Below, one piece after another: positions 52,867 through 64,000 of a stretch of 64,000 bases of DNA; positions within the stretch are counted from its first letter, which is position 1; every line of letters begins with the position of its first letter. Source of the stretch: Malacoraja senta (Eukaryota); NCBI GenBank assembly GCA_038087875.1, contig CM075994.1:3350001-3414000 (forward strand), written 5' to 3'. A program made the position numbers and the translations under genes. The notes beneath the pieces were generated by a model. It made no database searches and was not told the DNA's origin. It saw only the letters and a program-made list of their open reading frames with translations.

Positions 52867-54547
52867 TAACTTCTAACTCCAGCGAGTACAGGCGCAGGGC
52901 CGATAAACGCTCGTTACACCTCCCCCCAATTATTCCCGAGATCATTCTCGTCAACCTCTGATGGACCCTCTCCAACGCTCGCATTTCCAACATTATTTTC
53001 GAGACACAAAACTGCTCACAATACTCCAAATTTGGTCTGACTAGTGTTCTATAAACCCGTATTTTTTCTATTCTAGTCCTCTCGAAATTAATGCGAAATT
53101 TGCATTCCCTTAATTACTACCGATTCAACTTGCAAATTAACCTTTTGGAAATATTGCACATGCATCCCCTAGTCTCTTTGCGCCTGTGATTTCAAATTCC
53201 TCTCCCTATTTAGAAAATAGTATGCATTTATTCGTACTAGAAAGTGCACGACCACACATTTCGCTACGGTGTATTACATTTGCCACTTCAGAGCCCACCC
53301 TCCCAAGTCCTGCACAAGTCTTTCTGCAGGCTTCCGGTTTCCTCTTCAGTACCTGTCCGGCCGCTTGCCCCCAAAGCTAATAATTCCATAACTCAACGAG
53401 GAGAGTAGCGGCCCCATCATCGACCCCTGAGAAGCACCACGTGTAACCGGCAGCCAACCAGAAAAACACACTCTTAATTCAACTCTTGGCATTTTGTCAT
53501 TCAGCCAATCCACTATTCATGCCAATATCTTCGCGTTAATGGGCTCTTTCGTCTTGTTTAGCAGCTTCACGTGCGGCATCTTATCAAAGGCATTATGAAA
53601 ATCCAGGTAAACAAAATCCATTAGTCCTGCTATTTACTTTCTCAAATAATTTCAACATATGTGTCAGGGAAGATGTCCCCCTTCATTAAACCACCCTGAC
53701 CGGCCTATTTTATCATGTCCTTCTCAGTATTCATAGATTTCATCCGTAATAATGTACTCTAAAAACTTACCAGACACTGAATTCAGACTAACCGGCTTGT
53801 AGTGTCACCTCTATTTCCTCGCTCTCTTTCTGAAACAGTGGAATAACATTTGCGCTTTTCCAGTCAACTGTCACCACTACCGACTACAGTGATTCTTGAA
53901 TCATCACTACTAATTCCTCCATCTATCTATACTATTACTAAAACTGTCATCTCGACCACTTCCAGTTTGCTCTTTTTTTTAATTTGCGCAAAAACTGTAC
54001 CCTATATCGCTAGGATTTTTTTGTCACCTTACTCACCGTTCTCCTCTGCTCCAAACGTGCCACGTTTTGTTCCGAACGGTGGAAACCACTGTGTAGAGCC
54101 GGGAGGTGCTGTGTGGTGCCGCGGGCGGTGGCCGCTGAATGGAGTTCCTCCCCACACACACACACCCCTTCCCCCACGCCCCCACACCCCCATTCCGCCT
54201 CCACTCTCCCCCTTCCCCCTCCCGCTCCTCCCAACACACCCCATCTCTCCACAGACCCACACCCCCCCTTTACCACTCCCCGACCATCCCCATCCCCCAT
54301 CCCCCAACATCATCCGACCCCCCCCACACCACCACATCCCCCACACCACCACGCCCTCTGACACCACCCTGCCCCCTAAACCACCCCACCCCCACACACA
54401 CCACCGCACGCCCCCACACCGCCGCACCACCGCCACCACCCCACCGCTCCACATCACTCCCTCACCACCCCTCCCCCCCCCCCCCACAACGTCCCCTCCC
54501 CGCCACTACCCCGTCCTGCACACACACACTCCTCCACACCCCCCCTT

Positions 54548-57500
54548 AAATGAGATGGAGGAACTGAGCGAAATCCAGGTTAGTCGGGAAGTGGTGTTAG
54601 GTAAATTGAATGGATTAAAGGCCGACAAATCCCCAGGGCAGATAGGCTGCATCCCAGAGTACTTACGGAAGTAGCCCCAGAAATAGTGGATGCATTAGTG
54701 ATAAATTTTCAAAACTCTTTATATTCTGGAGTAGTTCCTGAGGAGTGGAGGGTAGGTAATGTAACCCCACTTTTTAAAAAGGGAGGGAGAGAGAAAACGG
54801 GGAATTACAGACCAGTTAGTCTAACATCGATAGTGGGGAAACTGCTAGTCAGTTATTAAAGATGGGATAGCAGCACATTTGGAAAGTGGTGAAATCATTG
54901 GACAAAGTCAGCATGGATTTATGAAAGGTAAATCATGTCTGACGTATCTTAAAGAATGTTTCGAGTATGTAACTAGTAGAGTGGATAAGGGAGAACCTGT
55001 GGATGAGTTATATCTGGACTTTCAGAAGGCTTTCGACAAGGTCCCACATAAGAGATTAGTATACAAACTTAAAGCACACAGTATTGGGGGATCAGTATTG
55101 ATGTGGATAGAGAACTGGCTGGCAGACAGGAAGCAAAGAGTAGGAGTAAACGGGTCCTTTTCAGAATGGCATGCAGTGACTAGTGGGGTACCGCAAGGCT
55201 CAGTGCTGGGACTCCAGCTAGTTACAATATATGTTAATGAATTGGACGAGGGAATTGAATGCAACATCTCCAAGATTGCGGATGACACGAAGCTGGGGGG
55301 CAGTGTTAGCAGTGAGGAGGATTCTAGGAGGCTGCAAGGTGACTTGGATAGGCTGGGTGAGTGGGTAAATGCATGGCAGATGCAGTATAATATGGATACA
55401 TGTGAGGTTATCCACTTTGGTGGCAAAAACAGGAAAGTAGACTGTTATCTGAATGGTGGCCGGTTAGGAAAAGGGGAGATGCAACAAGACCTGTGTGTCA
55501 CGGTACACCAGTCATTGAAAGTAGGCATGCAGGTGCAGAAAGGCAGGCAGTAGGCAGGCAGTGAAGAAAGCGAATGGTATGTTAGCATTCATAGCAAAAG
55601 GATTTGAGTATATGACGGGGAGATTTGCAAAGGCTACTGGGGAGACTTTAAACTAGAACGGTTGGGGTGAGAGAATCAAATAGAGAAAGCTATTAGAAAA
55701 TGTGGGAGGCAGGAGGCAGAGAAGGGAAGCTCTCGGACCCAAAATGTAGGGGAGAAAGAAGAAAATGTAGGGGAGAAATAAGAAAAAGAAAATAAACAGA
55801 GAATAAGTGGTGGTGGGTTTCTTAAATGTGTATATTTTAATGCTAGGAGCATTGTAAGAAAGGTGGATGAGCTTAGAGCCTGGATTGACATCTGGAAGTA
55901 CGCTGTTGTGGCGATCAGTGAAACATGGTTGCAGGAGGGCTGTGATTGGAAACTAAATATTCCAGGATTTCGTTGCTTCAGGGGTGATAGAATTGGAGGG
56001 GCAAGAGGTGGGTGTGTTGCATTACTTGTCAAGGAAGATATTACAGCAGTGCTTTGGCAGGATAGATTAGAGGGATCGTCTAGGGAGGATATTTAGGTGG
56101 AACTGAGAAATGGGAAAGGTGTAGCAACACTTATAGGGGTGTATTATAGACCGCCAAATGGGGAGCGAGAATTGGAAGAGCAAATATGTAAGGAGATAGC
56201 AGATATTAGTAGTAAGCACAAGGTAGTGATTGTGGGAGATTTCAATTTTCCACACATAGAGTGGGAAACACATACTGTAAAGGGGCTGGATGGTTTGAAG
56301 TTTGTAAAATGTTTGCAGGATAGTTTTTTGCAGCAATACGTCGAGGTACCTACTAGAGAAGGGGCAGTGCTGGACCTCCTGTTAGGAAATGAGACAGGGC
56401 AGGTGGCGGAGGTATGCGTTGTGGAGCACTTCGCGTCCAGTGATCACAATACCATTAGTTTCAATATAATTATGGAGAGGGTCAGAACTGGACCTAGGGT
56501 TGAGATTTTTGATTGGGGAAAGGCTAACTTTGAGGAGATGCGAAATGATTTAAAAGGTGTGAATTGGGACATGTTGTTTTATGGGAAGGATTTAGAAGAA
56601 AAACGGAGGACATTTAAAGGTGAAATTTTAAGAGTACAGAATCTTTATGTCCCTGTTCGGTTGAAAGGAAATAGTAAAAATTGGAAAGAGACATGGTTTT
56701 CACTGGAAATTGGACAATTGATTCGGAAAAAGAGAGAGATCTACAATAATTATAGGAAGCATGGAGTAAATGAGGTGCTTGAGAAGTATAAGGAATGTAA
56801 AAAGAATATTAAGAAAGAAATTAGAAAAGCGAAAAGAAGGTATGAGGTTGCTTTGGCAAGTAAGGTGAAAGTAAATCCAAAGGTTTTCTACAGCTATATT
56901 ATTAGCAAAAGGATAACAAGGAATAAAATTGGTCCATTAGAGAGTCAGCGTGGACAGCTATCTGCAGAGCCAAAAGAGATGGGGGCGATATTGAACAATT
57001 TCTTTTCTTCGGTATTCACCAAGGAGAAGGATATGGAATTATGTGAGGTAAGGGAAAGCGGAGTAGCAGTGGAAACTATGAGATTCAAAGAAGAGGAAGT
57101 GCGGACACTTTTGAAAAATATAAAAACGGATAAGTCTCCAGGTCCTGACAGGATATTCCCCAGAACATTGAGGGAAGTTAGTGTAGAAACAGCAGGGGCT
57201 ATGACAGAAATATTTCAAATGTCATTAGAAACGGGAATAGTGCCGGAGGATTGGCGTACTGCGCATGTTGTTCCGTTGTTTAAAAAGGGTTCTAAGAGTA
57301 AACCTAGCAATTATAGACCTGTTAGTTTGACGTCAGCGGTGGGCAAATTAATGGAAAGGATACTTAGAGAAAATATATATAAGCATCTGGATAAGCAGGG
57401 TCTGATTAGGAACAGTCAACATGGATTTGTGCCTGGAAGGTCATGATTGACTAATCGTCTTGAATTTTTCGAAGAGGTTACTAGGGAAATTGATGAGGGT

Positions 57501-59381
57501 AAAGCAGTGGATGTTGTCTATATGGACTTCAGTAAGGCCTTTGACAAGGTTCCTCATGGAAGGTTGGTTAAGAAGATTCAATCGTTGGCTATTAATGGTG
57601 GAGTAGCAAGATGGTTTCAACCGTGGCTGAATGGGAGATGCCAGAGAGTAATGGTGGATTGCTGTTTGTCAGGTTGGAGGCTTGTGACTAGTGGGGTGCC
57701 TCAGGGTCTGTGTTGGGTCCTCTGTTGTTTGTCATGTACATCAATGATCTGGATGATGGTGTGGAAAATTGGATTAGTAAGTATGCAGATGATACTAAGA
57801 TAGGTGGTGTTGTGGATAATGAAGTCGATTTTCAAAGTCTACAGAGAGATTTAGGCCATTTGGAAGAGTGGGCTGAAAGATGGCAGATGGAGTTTAATGC
57901 TGATAAATGTGAGGTGCTACATCTCAGCAGGACAAATCAAAATAGGACGTACATGGTAAATGGTAGCGAATTGAGGAATGCAGTTGAACAGAGGGATCTA
58001 GGAATAACTGTGCATAGTTCCCTGAAGGTGGAATCTCATGTAGATAGTGTGGTAAAGAAAGCTTTTGATGTGCTGGCCTTTATAAATCAGAGCATTGAAT
58101 ATAGAAGTTGGGATGTAATGTTAAAATTGTACAAGGCATTGGTGAGGCCAATTCTGGAGTATGGAGTACAATTTTGGTCGCCTAATTATAGGAAGGATGT
58201 CAACAAAATAGAGAGAGTACAGAGGAGATTTACTAGAATGTTGCCTGGGTTTCAGCAACAAAGTTACAGAGAAAGGTTGAACAAGTTAGGTCTTTATTCT
58301 TTGGAGCGCAGAAGGTTAAGAGGGTACTTGATAGAGGTCTTTAAAATTATGAGCGGGTTAGACAGAGTTGACGTGGATAAGCTTTTCCCATTGAGAGTAG
58401 GGAAGATTCAAACAAGGGGACATGACTTGAGAATTAAGGAACAGAAGTTTAGGGGTAACATTAGGGGGAACTTCTTTACTCAGAGAGTGGTAGATGTGTG
58501 GAATGAGCTTCCAGTGGAAGTGGTGGAGGGAGGTACGATTTTATCATTTAAAAAGAGATTGGATGGGTATATGGACGGGAAAGGAATGGAGGGTTATGGT
58601 CTGAGTGCAGCTAGAAGGGACTAGGGGGGAGTAATAAAAATAAAAATAAAAATAAATACAAATAAAATTTAAAAAATTATAAAATTAAAAAAGTGTTCGG
58701 CACGGACTTGAAGGGCCGAGATGGCCTGTTTCCGTGCTGTAATGGTTATATGGTTATATGGTTATATGAGCAGGGAGGTTCTACTGCAGTTGTACGGGGT
58801 CTTGGTGAGACAACACCTGAAGTATTGCGTACAGTTTTGGTCTCCTAATCTGAGGAACGACATTCTTGCCTTAGAGGGAGTACAGAGAAGGTTCACCAGA
58901 CTGATTCTTGGGATGTCAGGACTTTCATATGAAGAAAGACTGGATAGACTTGGCTTGTACTCGCTAGAATTTAGAAGATTGAGGGGGGATCTTATAGAAA
59001 CTTACAAAATTCTTAAGGGGTTGGATAGGCTAGATGTAGGAAGATTGTTCCCGATGTTGGGGAAGTCCAGAACAAGGGGTCACAGTTTAAGGATAAGGGG
59101 GAAATCTTTTAGGACCGAGATGAGAAAAACATTTTTCACACGGAGAGTGGTAAATCTCTGGAATTCTCTGCCACAGAAGGTAGTTGAAGCCAGTTCATTG
59201 GCTATATTTAAGAGGGAGTTAGATGTGGCCCTTGTGGCTAAAGGTATCAGTGGGTATGGAGAGAAGGCAGGTACAGGATACTGAGTTGGATGATCAGCCA
59301 TGATCATATTGAATGGCGGGGCAGGCTCGAAGGGCCCAATGGCCTACTCCTGCACCTATTTTCTATGTTTGCATGTTTCTA
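54548..59381 (+). mobile_element. 5'-truncated CR1 (54548-55615 and 58770-59381) split by another CR1
   Basis: ORFs 54879-55553 and 58721-59284; GATTTGAGTATATGA|GCAGGGAGG reconstitutes the sequence seen at ~50594 (GATTTGAGTATAGGAGCAGGGAG). Confidence 0.95.
55616..58762 (+). mobile_element. CR1 LINE, (TTATATGG)n subfamily, full-length ORF2 with several stops and frameshifts
   Basis: LKCVYFNARSI start near 55820; ORFs 55863-56096, 56097-57446, 57447-57803 and 57710-58624 (YADD); TATATGA duplicated at 55609-55615 and 58763-58769. Confidence 0.97.
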
Positions 59382-61169
59382 ACTCCCCTCTCCAACACCC
59401 ACCTCCCCCACACTCCCTATCTACACACCCTCTCCACCACACCCAACTCTCCCACACCCCCCTCTCCCCCACACCACACTCCCCCACCCCCCTCCCCCAC
59501 AACCCCCCCCTCCCTCACACGCCATTCCTCCCCCACATAATCCCCCATCCCCCAACGCCACCCCGCAACCTCCCCTCCCCCACACCCACCCTCCCCCAAA
59601 ACCCCACACCACCCACTACCCCACACAAACCCCCTCCCCACACCCATCCCTCCGCCACACCATCCCCCCTCCCCCACACCAAACCCTCCCCCACACCACC
59701 GACTCCCTCCCCCACACCACCCCCTCACCCACACCATGGTGGAATATTGCATTGGGGAATGGGTTGCGTTGGGGGATCAGGCCTACCGTGTGACTGGGAC
59801 CCAACGGGTCCCACTTAGTCTAGTACTCTCTAAAGCTGAATCTTTCAGAGCCCTGGGATATAATCAATCTGGTCCATGTGACTTATACAACTTCAAATAC
59901 TTCAACTGGCCAAGCATCTTCTCCTTAATTAAAGCGCCTCCACTAACTTCTTCCCCCTGACATTCTTGAATTTCATGTTTGTTACTTGTGTCTTCCGCTG
60001 TGAAGATTTAGTAGTAGTGGTCCCAACACTGACCCCTGTGAAAAACATATTATTCATCTGCCATTTCTTTAGTCATCATTGTTGCTTCTCCAACGTCATT
60101 TTCCAGCGATTCAATGTCCACTCCAACGGCTCTTATAATCTTTAAATATCCGAAGAAACATGTGCCTTTTACATTAGTGTCTACTTGGACTTGATATTTC
60201 CATTATTGGCTTCATATTTCATCTTTCCTCCCCTTATTTGCATCTTAGTTACCTTCTGTTGATTTTACAAGGCTTCCCAATCCTTTAACTTCACACTAAT
60301 ATTGACAATATCGTATGCATTGACTCTTAGTGTTATGCTGCCTTTGACTTTTTTGTCAGCCACTATCGTCTCAGTCTCCCCTTATCATCTTTCTTTCTCT
60401 TTGGGATGAAAAGATCCGGCTTCTTTCGAATTACACCCAGAAACTCCTAGCATTGCTGCTCCACCGTCATTCCTGATGGGTGCCCTTTACAATTAACTTT
60501 GTCCAACCATTCGCACATGCTTGTATATTTAGTTTTACTCAACATTATTACCGATACATCTGATTTCATCTTCTATCTCTAAAACTGCAAGCTGCATTCT
60601 ATCATGTTATGTTCACTGCCACCTAGGGGTTCATTTACCTTCAGCTCCGTAATCAAATCCGGTTCGTTATACAACACTAAATCTAGAATTGCCTATCCTC
60701 GAGTAGGCTCGACTACAAGCTGCTGTGTGAAGAAATCTCGTAGGCACTTTAGAAATTCTTCTCTTGGGATCCAGTACCATCCAACATTTCGAAGTCTACC
60801 TGAATATTCAAAGCCCCATGATCACTATGACATTATCTTACTGACAGGAGAATATATCTGCTGATGTAATCTCTACCGTGCATTCTGGCCACTATTAGGA
60901 GGCTTGTATACTACTCTCATCAGGTTCTTTTTCCCCTGAGGTCTGACACAAACCACCGGTTTCGTGCAAATTCCTTAAATATTGCTCGAAATTCCTTTAA
61001 AATCGGCTCATAAGTGCCCATGTTTTTCCAGGGGCTGAACAATAAAAAGCTACGCACAATGCACATATAACATACATCCATTAGACTTAAACCCGTGTCG
61101 TGATTATTCAACATTTTCTAACATTTCATTTGAATGCACCAGTTGCTAGTGTTTTGGCTCGCTCCGGAA

Positions 61170-61822
61170 GCATATTGGCGTTTAGTACAAGAGGAGTCGA
61201 GTATAGGAGCAAAGAGCTCCTTCTGCAGTTGTACAGGGCCCAAGTGAGACCACATCTGGAGTATTGTGTGTAGTTTTCTTCCCCCAATTTGAGGAAGGAC
61301 TTTCTTGCTATTGTGGGAGTGCAGCGTAGGTTTACAAGGTTACTTCCCGGGATGGCGGGACTGTCATATGCTGAGAGAATATAGCGGCTGGGCTTGTACA
61401 CTCTGGAGTTTAGAAGGATGAGAGGGAATCCTATTGAAACATATAAGATTGTTAAGGGTTTGGACACGCTAGAGGCAGGAAACATGTTCCCGGTGTTGGG
61501 GGAGTCCAGAACCAGGGGCCACAGTTTAATAATAAGGGGTAAGCCATTTGGAACGGAGACGAGGAAACACTTTTTCTCACAGAGAGTTGTGAGTCTGTGG
61601 AATTATCTGCCACAGAGGGCGGTGGAGGCCGGTTCTCTGAATACTTTCAAGAGAGGGCTAGATAGGGCTCTTAAAGATAGCGGAGTCAGGGGATATGGGG
61701 AGAAGGCAGGAACGGGGTACTGATTGGGGATGATCAGCCATCATCACATTGAATTGCGGTGCTGGCTCGAAGGGCCGAACGTCGTACGCCTGCACCTATT
61801 GTCGATTCTCTATTGTCTGTTG
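61170..61822 (+). mobile_element. CR1 3' fragment
   Basis: ORF 61394-61723 (LEFRRMRGNPIETYKI..RVVSLWNYLP); CTATTGT tail remnant. Confidence 0.93.
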
Positions 61823-61954
61823 TAGCAGCGTCAATTCTGCATTTTGTTTCAATCCGTGAGGTTTATGTTTTCATTTGTTATCTAGAATTATGAATGTTAA
61901 ACGTCTAAGTACATGTCAACTCAAGATTTAGCTAAGTACAATACTCTATTACAG

Positions 61955-61978
61955 AAGGCTTGCAACAAAAAGGTCAAG
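61955..61978 (+). CDS. Module-3 exon B, 24 nt, phase 1-1: (E)GLQQKGQ
   Basis: tactctattacag|AAGGCTTGCAACAAAAAGGTCAAG|gtgaat; LxxKxx before an EI exon as in modules 1 and 2. Confidence 0.55.
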
Positions 61979-62251
61979 GTGAATGTGACGACATTTCTAT
62001 ATTCTATTCTGAGAGCAATATGCCCTCAAATGTCTGATTGTGGAATGGCAGGTCCGGAAATGGTCCAATGTTTGCCTATTTATTATTATCTTTGCAAGCA
62101 CGATTTCCTTCCTGTTAATTTATTTTACATTTCACGACAAATATTTTCATCAGACAAACTCCCGGAACCGCAGCGAATTTACATTACTAAATTTTGGCAT
62201 GATATTTATTTTGGAAATATAATACTGCTTGTTGCAATTGTTTGATTTCAG

Positions 62252-62287
62252 AAATAGAAAAACTTCGAAAAAGTTTACAGGATGCTG
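62252..62287 (+). CDS. Module-3 exon C, 36 nt, phase 1-1: (E)IEKLRKSLQDA
   Basis: attgtttgatttcag|AAATAGAAAAACTTCGAAAAAGTTTACAGGATGCTG|gtgagc. Confidence 0.82.
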
Positions 62288-62369
62288 GTGAGCTATCATG
62301 TCATGAATACTTTTCATCTTAAGTACTGCCCAATTTTATAACTCTTTCTGCATATATTTATGCAGGTAC

Positions 62370-64000
62370 TGTGACGCCTTCTTGTGGCCAAGCCACTTGT
62401 TCTCGCACCTTCCATTGCCGAGCTGAAACTGGCGCGTGAGCTGGGTGGTGGAGAGATTAGACAAGAATGTGTCGAACGTTAACTTGTGTGCTATCCAACG
62501 ACGGCAAGGACTTTGCTTAAATATTTACTGAATGTTCGTGAGTTCCTGGGCTGTAGTTAATAATAAAGATAAAGCTGTGTGCACAAAACTTCGACGTCCA
62601 CAATGGTGACCCTGACGATCCAAAACGGTTTATTTTGGATGTTTGCCAAGTATGCAGCCGACAACACAAACCCAGCAAATTGCAGTGTACATAAAACTGC
62701 CCGTGTTCTGGACATCACAGCCCCACGTGTGGTTCGAACAGGCTGAAGCCCAGTTCCACATTCGACAAATTAGGGACGACGCGACTAAATATTACTACGT
62801 TGTCAAAGCGCTGGAGCAGGACACCGCCGGTCGCCTAATTTATTAGCTTCGCCAGCCACCAGCTGCAGGCATGTACGAGGTCCTCAAAATGCACCTGTTG
62901 CGCACTTTTGGTCTCTGCTGCCACAACAGAGCCGCCATACTCCTTCACATGGTTGACACCGGCGCCGCAAGTCAAATGCCCGCCTTGCTGAACGGCCACG
63001 ATCCCTGCCTCCTGTTCGAACAGATTTTCCTCGAACTGATGCGTGATGACATTTGCCTGCTCCTCGCTGACGAGCATTTCACCGACCCCGGCCTGGTGGC
63101 TGCCCGTGCGGACGTGCTGTGGCAGAAACAGCAGGGTGGCGCCACCAACAGTCGAGCGTCGGCGGTGCCACCGCGGGTAAAGCGGCCGGTCGCAGCCTCC
63201 ACCGAAGGCAAAGGCAGTGAGGCGGGACACGAGCGCCGCCGGCAAAGGTACGTGGTGCTACTACCACCAAAGGTGGGGTTCCGAAGGTCACCGATGCCAA
63301 CCACCCTGCGCGCATCCCGGAAACGCCTCATCCGGCCGCCATTAGTGGCTATTGCGGCCTGCCAGAAGCATCGCCTCCTCTGCACATGGAACCGTCATTG
63401 AGGATGGCGTTTTCTCGTAGACACGGGAGCAGAGGTCAGCGTTTTGCCCCATTGGGAGCTAACAATCGTTCCGGTACGAGGGGACCTTCTCTGACCGCCG
63501 TCAACGGCAGCAACATCAGGACGAGTCCGCACGAACCCATTCACTTTCGACTCCAGTCACTTCACCTGGCCTTTCACTATTGCAGACGTCTCCCAACCGC
63601 TGCTGGTCGGCGTGAAGGGCATACGTCTCGTCCATTCTGAGACGTTCGTGTCGATCGCTTTGCGCCAGTCTGACTTGACTGCTCCGCATCTCGGCTCGGT
63701 GACTTCCTCCGATTACGAGTACGCCCGCATCTTGCCTATTTCCCCGACATCCTATCCCCCAGTTCACAACGGCCAGCCCCAAGCATGGGGTAAAGCCATA
63801 TCCCCAACACCAGACCGACACACCATGCACGTGCATGCAGGCTGCCCCCGGCCATGCTCCAACCGGCCAAGGACGAGTTCCGCAGGATGGAGGAAATGTG
63901 CATTGTGCGCCGCACAGACAGGCCTTGGGCATCTCCGTTCCACATGGTCCCCAAAGCATCTGTGGTCTAGAGACGTCACAGCGGCCGACCGGTACCCTGT
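62370..64000 (+). mobile_element. CsRN1-type Gypsy LTR retrotransposon: 5' LTR 62370-62602, tRNA-Trp-like PBS, decayed gag, protease and RT start; runs off the window
   Basis: TGT..AATAAA..ACA LTR; PBS TGGTGACCCTGACG at 62604; gag KLPVFWTSQPHVWFEQAEAQFHIRQI..TKYYYVV; FLVDTGAEVSVLP near 63410; PWASPFHMVPK near 63925. Confidence 0.93.

Larger units (their letters stand above)
53926..59823 (+). mobile_element. Non-autonomous Helitron-like element (53926-54547 and 59382-59823) with a C-rich interior, split by CR1
   Basis: A|TCTATACTATTACTAAAA 5' end; perfect hairpin TGGGACCC-AAC-GGGTCCCA at 59795-59813; CTAG|T 3' end; inserted between A and T without a TSD. Confidence 0.85.
52880..60915 (-). mobile_element. 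Old CR1 LINE split into 52880-53925 and 59824-60915 by nested insertions
   Basis: Degenerate reverse-strand ORF2 continues across the gap (..tcactactaattcctcca | ctctaaagctgaatctttcagagccctggg..). Confidence 0.75.

Noticed and set aside
53850..54674. Pro/His-rich ORFs (also 59300-59818)
   Set aside because: C-rich low-complexity interior of the Helitron-like element.

Overview
Eukaryotic, repeat-dominated vertebrate genomic DNA. The repeat inventory (young CR1 LINEs with (CTATGTTT)n and (TTATATGG)n tails, V-SINE/HE1-like SINEs with (TAAAC)n tails, Penelope termini) suggests a cartilaginous fish such as a skate or ray; this is inference. Almost all long ORFs in the ORF track are retroelement remnants or microsatellite artefacts. 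The main non-repeat signal is invisible to the ORF track: about 18 candidate + strand micro-exons of 9-36 nt, mostly symmetric phase 1-1, spread over 4.2-62.3 kb. They splice into a coiled-coil-like peptide containing a three-times repeated exon module (ECKQLLQKT|MRQILFKNA|EIIQLQDKMRIT; ECKKLLQAS|MRQLLVKDI|EIGKLTTKLHEA; EWNSLL*CI|EGLQQKGQ|EIEKLRKSLQDA). Four apparent lesions suggest a pseudogene or assembly indels. The introns hold tandem and nested Helitron-like elements, a palindromic element with a THAP-domain remnant in both arms, a foldback element, a gag-only LTR element with an intact tRNA-Ser PBS, CsRN1-type Gypsy pieces, Tc1 remnants, a DIRS-like terminus and Penelope termini with minimal hammerhead ribozyme cores. 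All calls are by eye; no database searches were run and repeat boundaries are approximate.
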